This document shows, piece after piece, positions 1 through 10,484 of a DNA stretch of 64,000 nucleotides; within the stretch, counting starts at the first letter, position 1, and each line of letters opens with the position of its first letter. The notes under the pieces are model-generated. The model was not told the DNA's origin and did not search any database. It saw nothing but the letters and a program-made list of their open reading frames with translations. This stretch comes from an uncultured Aestuariivirga sp. (GTDB lineage: Bacteria > Pseudomonadota > Alphaproteobacteria > Rhizobiales > Aestuariivirgaceae), in NCBI GenBank assembly GCA_964244815.1, contig CAXTKH010000002.1, positions 10,437 to 74,436 on the forward strand. Reading direction: 5' to 3'. Both the position numbers and the translations under genes were made by a program.

Positions 1-1
1 A

Positions 2-679
2 ACCGCAGCACATGCCACCTTGCCGCTGCCAAGTTATGCCATGGTGACCAATCTTGATAATGGTCGCAAGGTGATTGTGCGCATCAATGATCGTGGCCCA
101 TTTGTAGATACGCGCATTATTGATCTTTCGAAAAAAGCCGCCGATGTTTTAGGTTATCGCAACAAAGGCAAAACCCGTGTGCGGGTCAAGCTTATTGGGC
201 CAGCGCCGTTGAGTGATTCTTCGCAGCATATGCTGGCCATGAACGAGGCCATGTATAATGGTGCTTCAATCAATCAGATTGCGTCAATGGCTGATGACGC
301 ACAAGCGCAGGCGCCAATCCGTGTTGCAACGCGCAAACGTAATCCAAAATACGATGTTGAACCCCAGGATAATGACATTCAACAGGCCAATGTTGAAGGG
401 CAGGATGTATTACCAAGCGATAGCGCTGGCTACATCGTGCGGGTAGGGGTATTCCATGATCTTGAAACCGCCAAGGAAGCTTTCGCTCAAATCGCAGGCT
501 TTGGTCCCACACAAATCGTGAAAGCTGTTGGTGCCAATGGCCCGCTCTACCGTGTGCAAATTGGCCCATTGGATAACAAACAAGATGCCAATACAGCGCT
601 CGACACAGCAATCTCAAATGGGTTTGAAGATGCCCGTATTGTTGAGACACAAATTCAGCAGGTTGCGTTCAAGAACTAA
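2..679 (+). CDS. rlpA: RlpA-like septal ring lytic transglycosylase, C-terminal part (DPBB fold plus C-terminal SPOR domain); the 5' end lies outside the window
   Basis: The reading frame is open from nt 2. The motif TAAHATLPLPSYAMVTNLDNGRKVIVRINDRGPF is typical of RlpA. The C-terminal segment GYIVRVGVF...YRVQIGPL is SPOR-like. Confidence 0.85.
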   Translation, partial: TAAHATLPLPSYAMVTNLDNGRKVIVRINDRGPFVDTRIIDLSKKAADVLGYRNKGKTRVRVKLIGPAPLSDSSQHMLAMNEAMYNGASINQIASMADDAQAQAPIRVATRKRNPKYDVEPQDNDIQQANVEGQDVLPSDSAGYIVRVGVFHDLETAKEAFAQIAGFGPTQIVKAVGANGPLYRVQIGPLDNKQDANTALDTAISNGFEDARIVETQIQQVAFKN

Positions 680-682
680 AAC

Positions 683-1255
683 TCAACCGGGAAAACTCTG
701 AATTCCAACTTCATTAATAGTGCCTTCTTTTGTAAGCACAACACAGCGCATGCTCTCGATTCCTTGGACAAAACAAAATACCGGAACGTTTTGTTTTCGC
801 CACGCTTCATAAGTTTCACGCGAAATTTCACTACTCACGGTAAATGGAAACTCGGCAGGAGGGGTCTCGGCAGGCCCATCGGTACCCGCCTTCCATTCAA
901 GAAATTTAGAAAGCCTGTTTTTCTTTGACGAAAGTCCGGCATCGAGCCACTCCCCTAAAGCAACCCGCATGGCTTTAAGATCGGCAACGGGCTTATCGGC
1001 CAAACCACCAAAGACAGCATTGTCTTTCGAGGCCATGGAAAGGCTATATTTCACCTCACCTTTGCCATCGCGCACTACCATTACAGCGACAGCCCGTTTG
1101 CAATCTGGCCCTATGGAAGTGGCTTCAACCAAATAACTCTGTTTGCTGTTTACATTCCATTTTCGCGCAACTGACGTGTTGCAATCCGCAGCAGCTGTCT
1201 GGGTCTGCGTGATGACCGAAATCAGAACCAAAGCGGTAAGCAGAAGAATTTTCAT
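683..1255 (-). CDS. Hypothetical secreted protein (190 aa) with an N-terminal signal peptide and 4 Cys
   Basis: Clean ORF. The hydrophobic N-terminus MKILLLTALVLISVITQTQTAAA looks like a signal peptide. I recognise no family. Confidence 0.55.
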   Translation of the reverse strand: MKILLLTALVLISVITQTQTAAADCNTSVARKWNVNSKQSYLVEATSIGPDCKRAVAVMVVRDGKGEVKYSLSMASKDNAVFGGLADKPVADLKAMRVALGEWLDAGLSSKKNRLSKFLEWKAGTDGPAETPPAEFPFTVSSEISRETYEAWRKQNVPVFCFVQGIESMRCVVLTKEGTINEVGIQSFPG

Positions 1256-1286
1256 TCAGTCAGGCTACATCGAAAATCAGCGACAC

Positions 1287-1655
1287 TCAATAACACAGCA
1301 ACGAATGATTGCCGTGCTCCACCATGAATGTACAAAACCCATTCCCAATCATCCGTATTATGTCCCAATCAAATAAAGCCAAGACAAGTGGCACCGAAGC
1401 ACCGAAAGCAAAATAGTAAATCATGTTACGAAAGCTGTAGATATCCCAATAGCCATTGTCATCCCATTTGGCGTTCACAATATGTTTTTCAAAGAGCAAG
1501 TGTTCGTTGGACATCATGCTGTCAATGAACAGATTGCCTGACAACTCTTCAGGATACAGCGAGAAGCTAGCGCGCCAATAATGCAGACCGAGGCCTATAA
1601 CACCGCCAAGAAGTGTTAAGATAAAAAGAAATACATATAGCGCCCAGCTAGCCAT
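1287..1655 (-). CDS. Hypothetical small membrane protein (122 aa)
   Basis: ORF with two hydrophobic segments, one at the N-terminus and one at YYFAFGASVPLVLALF. No family recognised. Confidence 0.45.
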   Translation of the reverse strand: MASWALYVFLFILTLLGGVIGLGLHYWRASFSLYPEELSGNLFIDSMMSNEHLLFEKHIVNAKWDDNGYWDIYSFRNMIYYFAFGASVPLVLALFDWDIIRMIGNGFCTFMVEHGNHSLLCY

Positions 1656-1754
1656 GTTCTAAATCTACGGCCAAATTCCTAATTTTTCTTCAAAATCAGC
1701 ATTTTGATGTGCGCACCTCAATTTTCTTGCAATTGTCACAAGCACTGCTCATAA

Positions 1755-4389
<2,635 letters not shown>

Positions 4390-4393
<4 letters not shown>

Positions 4394-5055
4394 TTTTGCG
4401 CAGCCAGAATGAAATATCCAAAGCCGCGCTTGTTCTGAATAATATTATGTCCCAATTTTTTGCGTAGCCTGCTCACAACCGCCTCGATGGCGTTGCCATC
4501 ACGCTCGTGATTGTGGTCGTAAATCGCATCGCACAATTCTGACTGTCCGACGACTTCACCGCCTTTGAGAACCAAGTAATGCACCAAGCGAAACTCGAGC
4601 GGTGTGAGATTAACGAGTTTGCCGAGTACCGTAATAACCCGCGACCGCATATCAATTTCCAGTGGCCCCGCTACGATGGTCGACTGGGCGTGCCCGCTTG
4701 TGCGCCGCATTAACGCACGAAGCCTTGATATCAACTCTTGAACCTGAAAAGGCTTTGGCAAATAGTCATCAGCACCACTGTCTATGCCGTCAACGCGCTC
4801 TGCCCACGATCCTCTCGCTGATAATACGAGAACAGGCGTCGTAATACCTTCACTGCGCCATTTTTTTAAAACCGCAATTCCATCAAGGATAGGCAAACCG
4901 ATATCCAGAACGATGGCCGCATAAGATTCAGTTGAACCTTTAAACCACGCATCCTCGCCATTAGAAACAATATCAGTGGTGTAGCCAATCACTTGCAAAG
5001 AATTAGCGACACTTTGCGCCACAACTGCTTCGTCTTCGGCGATCAATATTCGCAT
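4390..5055 (-). CDS. OmpR/PhoB-family response regulator
   Basis: Receiver domain (MRILIAEDE...DLPILDG...KPF) followed by a winged-helix domain (LTPLEFRLVHYL...RGFGY). Confidence 0.93.
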
Positions 5056-5058
5056 TAG

Positions 5059-5628
5059 TTATAATTTACTCAACGTCTTCGCGTTCAATTTCACAATGCG
5101 CAGCTTTGAAGAACCAGACAAATATTCGACAACATAACTGTACTGCCCTTCTTTATTTCTCAATTTAATATCTACAATTTCGCCAGGAAACTTGTTGGCC
5201 ATAAAAGCCAGCAACAATGACAAGGATACAGCTTTTCCAGTTTTTACGGCTGAAAGAACCTCATCTTGATTTGCAACTCGACCAGTCCTGGAAACACCAG
5301 AATTCCCTGAGTTTTGAGTTGAGCTCTGAGAGCCAGAACTGGATCCAGAGCCAGAACCTGATTCTGATCCTGATCCTGATCCTGAATTATCTGTCGATCC
5401 GCCGCCACTATCATCGCCACCATTATCATCTCCACCATTATCCGATGAAGAATCAGATTGGCCAGAACCGCCACCACTTTGGGATCCACTACCACCCGAG
5501 CCAGAAGAGCTTCCGCCCCCAGAACCAGAGGAATCTCCTTTTTCAGCATATGCAATGCCCGACAGATTAAGTGCGATGACGGCACAACCTACCAAAGCCA
5601 ACTTTTTGCATACATTGATCGGAGACAT
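5059..5628 (-). CDS. Secreted Gly/Ser/Asp-rich protein with a C-terminal PepSY-like domain, first gene of the two-component operon
   Basis: Signal peptide, a low-complexity G/S/D/N tract of about 95 aa, then a globular tail of about 70 aa (EVLSAVKTGKAV...IVDIKLRNKEGQYSYVVEYL). It lies 3 nt upstream of the response regulator gene. Confidence 0.7.
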   Translation of the reverse strand: MSPINVCKKLALVGCAVIALNLSGIAYAEKGDSSGSGGGSSSGSGGSGSQSGGGSGQSDSSSDNGGDDNGGDDSGGGSTDNSGSGSGSESGSGSGSSSGSQSSTQNSGNSGVSRTGRVANQDEVLSAVKTGKAVSLSLLLAFMANKFPGEIVDIKLRNKEGQYSYVVEYLSGSSKLRIVKLNAKTLSKL

Positions 5629-5780
5629 GATTTCTAAATATACCTGTAAAACTTGATGAAAACCAACAGAATTTTATAGAAAAAAGGGTCCTAAACTGAA
5701 CGTCGAAGTGGGGGAAAACGGGGCAGTTTTCAAACGCCAGCTCAAGCACAGTCCAGGACCCATACGCACATTCAACTCGA

Positions 5781-5819
5781 CCTGAGCTCAGTTTGAGGGC
5801 AACACAAACTGAGCTCAGG
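5781..5819. repeat. Perfect 14-bp inverted repeat with an 11-nt loop, between the Rrf2 gene and the Gly/Ser-rich protein gene
   Basis: cctgagctcagttt (5781-5794) / aaactgagctcagg (5806-5819). Confidence 0.9.
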
Positions 5820-5931
5820 AGTTAAATAAATGAAAATAGAAGCTCGCCACTCCAACTTTCACGAGTCCATACTGCAATATACTGCCTGATAGAAAATCAG
5901 TTAAAATTGTCAGCTATCTATCAGATAAGAC

Positions 5932-6348
5932 TCAGTTTACGGATTGAACGACTTCGCTCAACTTCGTAGTTGCAAGTGAACGCGTGAGAGCCAGCTCCGC
6001 GTCCCGCAGACGCGGCATCAAAATTTGACCAAGCTGCACTGCAATTGGACATTCCACAGCTGGATCAACCTTATGCATCCTGAATACAGCATCGTTCTCA
6101 ACTGCACCATATACGCAGGCCAAACTGATATTGCTGGCATCACGGCTCAATTCAAATCCACCAGACCGGCCTGAAGTCGAACTGATCAATCCAGCCTTTT
6201 CAAGTTCGGACATCATGCGCCGAATAACAACAGGGTTGGTACCCACACTTTCCGCAATGGCGGACGAGCACATGGGGCCCTTGCCCGCGTTTTTCGCGAG
6301 AAGGCTCAGGACGTGTACTGCTACGACAAATCGGCTGCTGGATAACAT
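5932..6348 (-). CDS. Rrf2-family transcriptional regulator
   Basis: Rrf2-type N-terminal wHTH (SSRFVVAVHVLSLLA...SSAIAESVGTNPVVIRRMMSELEKAGLI). Confidence 0.85.
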   Translation of the reverse strand: MLSSSRFVVAVHVLSLLAKNAGKGPMCSSAIAESVGTNPVVIRRMMSELEKAGLISSTSGRSGGFELSRDASNISLACVYGAVENDAVFRMHKVDPAVECPIAVQLGQILMPRLRDAELALTRSLATTKLSEVVQSVN

Positions 6349-6448
6349 ATCAGTTAGATCGGCCCAAATAGGCAGAAAATCAAGCCCCCCTTGGGTTTCT
6401 GTGCAAACTGTTAGTAAAAATTTAACCTAGTTCCCCCAATCAAACAGC

Positions 6449-6754
6449 ATGCATTTCCTTCAGCGCAAAAGACTTGAAATTTTAGTCGGCACAGCTTGCA
6501 TTGCTCTACTATCCTATTTTATTTGGCAAGCAGAATTCGGACCACGGGGGTTCAGTTATCAAACAACGCTACTTGCCGAAGGCGTCAAATTGTCGACTGA
6601 CCTCGACAATCTCAAACTTCAACGGAAGTTGCTCGAAGAGAAAGTAGCAGAATTACGCCCGGATTCTATCGATCCCGATTTGCTCGACGAAATGGCCCGC
6701 CAAACGCTGAACTTCGTGTCCCAAGACCAGTATTTAGTTTATTTAAACAACTAA
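6449..6754 (+). CDS. Septum formation initiator (FtsB/DivIC-like) protein
   Basis: Single N-terminal TM segment plus a coiled coil. It sits immediately upstream of pdhA, as in Rhizobiales. Confidence 0.75.
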   Translation: MHFLQRKRLEILVGTACIALLSYFIWQAEFGPRGFSYQTTLLAEGVKLSTDLDNLKLQRKLLEEKVAELRPDSIDPDLLDEMARQTLNFVSQDQYLVYLNN

Positions 6755-6863
6755 TTCTTCAAGTTGAATCCGTAGGATAAACCATTATCAAGTTAATCTG
6801 TATTATCGCGAGCTTCTACAGCCGTTTACTGCTATCTTAACTCCGACAAACAGGAGTTAGCAG

Positions 6864-7913
6864 ATGGCCGTCAGCTCAGCTTATTTGGCGCGCAAAGCCG
6901 CCAAAGCCGCAAAATCTTCGCCGAAACAGGATTTAAAAAATTCTGGCTTGTCGAAAGAAGAAGAACTCAAAGCTTATCACGACATGCTTTTGATCCGCCG
7001 CTTTGAAGAGAAAGCTGGCCAACTTTACGGCATGGGTTCAATTGGTGGCTTTTGCCACTTGTATATCGGCCAGGAAGCTGTCGTCGTTGGCCTTGAAATG
7101 TCAGCTATTGCAGGCGATCAACGCATTACGTCTTACCGCGACCACGGTCACATGTTGGCCTGCGGGATGGACCCAAAAGGCGTCATGGCCGAACTCACTG
7201 GCAAACAAGGCGGCCTTTCCAAAGGCAAGGGCGGCTCGATGCATATGTTCAGCGTGGAAAAACAATTTTACGGCGGACACGGCATTGTTGCGGCGCAAGT
7301 GCCACTTGGTGCAGGGCTGGCCTTTGCCAATAAATATCGCGGCAACAAGAATGTTTCGATGGTCTATTTCGGCGATGGCGCGGCCAACCAAGGCCAAGTC
7401 TATGAAACCTTCAACATGGCCTCCATCTGGAAATTGCCGTGCATATTCGTGATCGAAAACAACCGCTATGCCATGGGCACATCGGCCACACGTTCAACTG
7501 CAGCCTCTGAACACTTGGGTGCCCGCGGTGAAGCTTTTGGAATTCCGTCTGAACAAGTGGACGGCATGGACGTTCGCGCTGTGAAGGATGCAGCAGATCG
7601 CGCCATGGAACATTGCCGTGCGGGCGAGGGGCCTTACATATTGGAAATGATGACCTATCGTTATCGTGGCCATTCCATGTCGGACCCTGCAAAATATCGC
7701 ACAAAAGAAGAAGTGCAGAAAATGCGCGAGGAGCATGATCCAATAGAGCAGGTCAAAGCCCGCCTGTTGTCATCCAACCGCGCTTCGGAAGATGATTTGA
7801 AAAAAATGGACGCCGATATTCGCGAAATTGTAACAGCGGCAGCAGATTTTGCGGTTGCAGATGCGCAGCCTGATGCGTCTGAGCTTTACACTGATATTTA
7901 CAAAGTTGCTTAG
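6864..7913 (+). CDS. pdhA: Pyruvate dehydrogenase E1 component, alpha subunit
   Basis: TPP-dependent E1-alpha motifs (GFCHLYIGQEA, YFGDGAANQG, YRYRGHSMSDP). Confidence 0.95.
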   Translation: MAVSSAYLARKAAKAAKSSPKQDLKNSGLSKEEELKAYHDMLLIRRFEEKAGQLYGMGSIGGFCHLYIGQEAVVVGLEMSAIAGDQRITSYRDHGHMLACGMDPKGVMAELTGKQGGLSKGKGGSMHMFSVEKQFYGGHGIVAAQVPLGAGLAFANKYRGNKNVSMVYFGDGAANQGQVYETFNMASIWKLPCIFVIENNRYAMGTSATRSTAASEHLGARGEAFGIPSEQVDGMDVRAVKDAADRAMEHCRAGEGPYILEMMTYRYRGHSMSDPAKYRTKEEVQKMREEHDPIEQVKARLLSSNRASEDDLKKMDADIREIVTAAADFAVADAQPDASELYTDIYKVA

Positions 7914-7921
7914 AATCTTTC

Positions 7922-8527
7922 ATGTTCAGCTCTGTCAAAAAAAATAAGCAATCCCCCGAAGATATTTTAAATCTGCTGCGAGATGTTGGATTTTCATTAA
8001 GCTCAGAAGAAGACAGACTCGCTATAATTGAAGAACTCCAGTCGAATAATGAAAACGGAATATCTGAGGTTGAGATTGCCCTCTGTTTAATGGGCGATGA
8101 GCAATATGATCTAGTAGAACATAAACCGTTGCCTTGGCTATCGGACGATGTTTGGCACTTCGACTATGAAGCTATAGAGGGCAACGGCTCCTACATTTCG
8201 ATTGTCAACGCTTGTGCGCGATTAGCTCGTGGAAATTTGTCGGTATCTCAACTGAACGACCAAATCGATCATGAAAGCAAAGTTGCAAATGTGTCTTTTG
8301 TTATAAACAGAAAATCTTTCGTGCACAATTTGCGTTATGATTATGATTGGGCTGATCCTTTGATTTTCGCAGTTTTAAATAGTGAGCTCAAAGTCAACGG
8401 ATCCGATAAGCGATTTTTCCAGCATGATCTTTTTGGCCAGGACTGTTTGTTGATTTGTAAAACGTCCTCAGAAGTAGAAAAAATAAATCGTGCAACAGGT
8501 CTGCACTTTGTTGAGTTAAAAGGTTAA
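7922..8527 (+). CDS. Hypothetical protein (201 aa), a low-GC ORFan inserted between pdhA and pdhB
   Basis: Clean ORF 8 nt after the pdhA stop and 5 nt before the pdhB start. A hand count of the first ~120 nt gives ~38% G+C. Confidence 0.6.
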   Translation: MFSSVKKNKQSPEDILNLLRDVGFSLSSEEDRLAIIEELQSNNENGISEVEIALCLMGDEQYDLVEHKPLPWLSDDVWHFDYEAIEGNGSYISIVNACARLARGNLSVSQLNDQIDHESKVANVSFVINRKSFVHNLRYDYDWADPLIFAVLNSELKVNGSDKRFFQHDLFGQDCLLICKTSSEVEKINRATGLHFVELKG

Positions 8528-8532
8528 GCCCA

Positions 8533-9930
8533 ATGCCAACCATCCTCATGCCTGCACTGTCGCCCACCATGGAAGAGGGCAAGCTTTCGAAATGGCTTAA
8601 GAACGTCGGTGACCAAGTAAAATCCGGCGATGTATTGGCTGAGATTGAAACTGATAAAGCCACTATGGAAATTGAAGCCATTGATGAAGGCGTGCTGACT
8701 GAGATCATGGTTCCGGAGGGAACCGAGGGCGTGAAAGTGAATGCGCCGATTGCGGTGATTGGTGAGGCGTCGGCACTGCCCTCTCCTGGCGCAAACGCGC
8801 CTGTCTCTCCGGCAAGCGGAGAGACTCAAGATAAAGCGCAACCGTCAATGCAAAACCAAGTCTCTCCCCCGGCGGGAGAGACAGTCGTGCATAGCACGAC
8901 AGGAGAGGGCAGTCTTCTCTCCGACCTCGAAATCCCCGCTGGCACCGAAATGATCACCATGACGGTTCGCGAAGCCATCCGCTCTGCGATGTCGGAAGAA
9001 ATGCGTCGCGACAAGGATGTGTTCTTGATGGGCGAAGAGGTGGGCCAATATCAAGGCGCCTACAAAATATCCCAAGGCATGCTCGATGAGTTTGGCGACC
9101 AACGCGTGCTCGACACGCCAATCACCGAACATGGCTTCACTGGCATCGCCACCGGTGCGGCTTTCGCGGGCCTTAAACCCATCGTTGAATTCATGACCTT
9201 CAACTTCGCCATGCAAGCCATTGACCACATCATCAACTCCGCCGCCAAAACGCTTTATATGTCAGGCGGGCAAATGGGTTGCCCCATCGTGTTCCGTGGC
9301 CCCAATGGTGCTGCGGCTCGCGTTGGCGCGCAACACAGCCAAGATTACACGGCGTGGTATTCCCAAATTCCGGGCCTGAAAGTAATCGCACCTTATTCTG
9401 CCGCGGATGCAAAGGGACTGATGAAAGCCGCCATCCGTGATCCGAACCCAATCATCTTCCTCGAAAATGAAATCCTCTACGGCAAATCCTTCGAAGTGCC
9501 AAATGTTGAAGATTGGATTGTGCCAATCGGCAAAGCCCGCATCGCTCGTGCCGGTACGCATGTCACCATCGTATCCTTCAGCATTGGCATGACTTACGCG
9601 CTGGCTGCTGCTGAGAAACTGGCCGCTGAAGGCATTGAGTGCGAAGTCGTTGATCTCCGCACCATTCGCCCGATGGATATTGAAACAGTTGTTGAAAGTG
9701 TGAAGAAAACCAATCGCTGTGTGTGTGTTGAAGAGGGCTTCCCGCGCTTTTCCGTTACCTCCGAAATCGCTGCCGAAATTATGACGCATGCTTTTGATTA
9801 TCTCGATGCACCCGTTGCCCGCGTTGCAGGCAAAGACGTGCCAATGCCATATGCTGCTAACCTAGAAAAACTGGCGTTGCCCAACGTTGATGATGTTGTG
9901 GCGGCGGTGAAGGGTGTGCTTTATGTTTAA
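8533..9930 (+). CDS. pdhB: Pyruvate dehydrogenase E1 component, beta subunit, with N-terminal lipoyl domain
   Basis: Lipoyl motif [10 protein letters not shown], followed by a linker and the transketolase-like E1-beta core. Confidence 0.95.
   Translation: MPTILMPALSPTMEEGKLSKWLKNVGDQVKSGDVLAEIETDKATMEIEAIDEGVLTEIMVPEGTEGVKVNAPIAVIGEASALPSPGANAPVSPASGETQDKAQPSMQNQVSPPAGETVVHSTTGEGSLLSDLEIPAGTEMITMTVREAIRSAMSEEMRRDKDVFLMGEEVGQYQGAYKISQGMLDEFGDQRVLDTPITEHGFTGIATGAAFAGLKPIVEFMTFNFAMQAIDHIINSAAKTLYMSGGQMGCPIVFRGPNGAAARVGAQHSQDYTAWYSQIPGLKVIAPYSAADAKGLMKAAIRDPNPIIFLENEILYGKSFEVPNVEDWIVPIGKARIARAGTHVTIVSFSIGMTYALAAAEKLAAEGIECEVVDLRTIRPMDIETVVESVKKTNRCVCVEEGFPRFSVTSEIAAEIMTHAFDYLDAPVARVAGKDVPMPYAANLEKLALPNVDDVVAAVKGVLYV
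8779..8921. repeat. Nested palindromic repeat element inside the pdhB linker: two 23-nt hairpins at 8803-8825 and 8860-8882, within an outer inverted repeat
   Basis: gtctctccg-gcaag-cggagagac and gtctctccc-ccggc-gggagagac. The outer arms are ccctctcctg (8779-8788) and caggagaggg (8900-8909). A further ggagag/ctctcc pair spans 8902-8921. Confidence 0.9.
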
Positions 9931-9933
9931 CGT

Positions 9934-10115
9934 CCTCTACCGCTTGCGGGAGAGGGTGAGCTCTTGCGAACGCTGCGAAGCAGCTGGGCGGGCCCAAATC
10001 ACGGCACGTGATTTGGGAAAGGTGAGGGATTCCAGTCTCCGCCTTCGGTCCCTCATCTATCCCATTTTGCAAGAAGCAAAATGGGCCCCTTTCTTCTCCC
10101 GCAGGCGGGAGAAGA
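9934..10115. repeat. Array of five consecutive hairpins filling the pdhB-downstream spacer
   Basis: Hairpins at 9934-9955 (cctctaccgc/gcgggagagg), 9993-10017 (perfect 11-bp stem cccaaatcacg/cgtgatttggg), 10023-10055 (tgaggga/tccctca), 10064-10082 (attttgc/gcaaaat) and 10092-10115 (tcttctccc/gggagaaga). Confidence 0.85.
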
Positions 10116-10136
10116 CGTTTATGAAAAGGAATTGCT

Positions 10137-10469
10137 ATGTCTGACGATCACCACCACCACGACCATTCCCACGATGTCCATCCACACCAACTGCAACCGC
10201 CCCATGAAGTGTTTCATGATTCAGGCGCTGGCGAAATTGCCCGCGTTTGGATCACCAAGGGCCAACTCAGCCTTTCACTGCACGCGATGGCATTTGGCAA
10301 AGCTGACGTGTGGGGCCACGCATTGGCTGGCATGGCACAACAAGTAGCTGGCGCATGCGCGGAAATGGGCCACGGCACTGTGTCTTCAAACCTTGATGCC
10401 ATTCGCAAAGCCTTGACCGAAGATCTGGCAAAGGCCGCGGCTCAAAGTTCGGTTCTCAACAACAAGTAA
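10137..10469 (+). CDS. Hypothetical small protein (110 aa) with a His-rich N-terminus
   Basis: ORF beginning MSDDHHHHDHSHDVHPHQ. It lies between pdhB and pdhC and ends 15 nt before the pdhC start. Confidence 0.6.
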   Translation: MSDDHHHHDHSHDVHPHQLQPPHEVFHDSGAGEIARVWITKGQLSLSLHAMAFGKADVWGHALAGMAQQVAGACAEMGHGTVSSNLDAIRKALTEDLAKAAAQSSVLNNK

Positions 10470-10484
10470 CGAGAGGCAAAATCC

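Noticed and set aside
8533-8760. High similarity between the 5' ends of pdhB and pdhC, which could be mistaken for a mobile repeat.
   Set aside because: This is the known paralogy of lipoyl domains in alphaproteobacterial E1-beta and E2. Only the linker hairpins downstream are treated as a repeat element.
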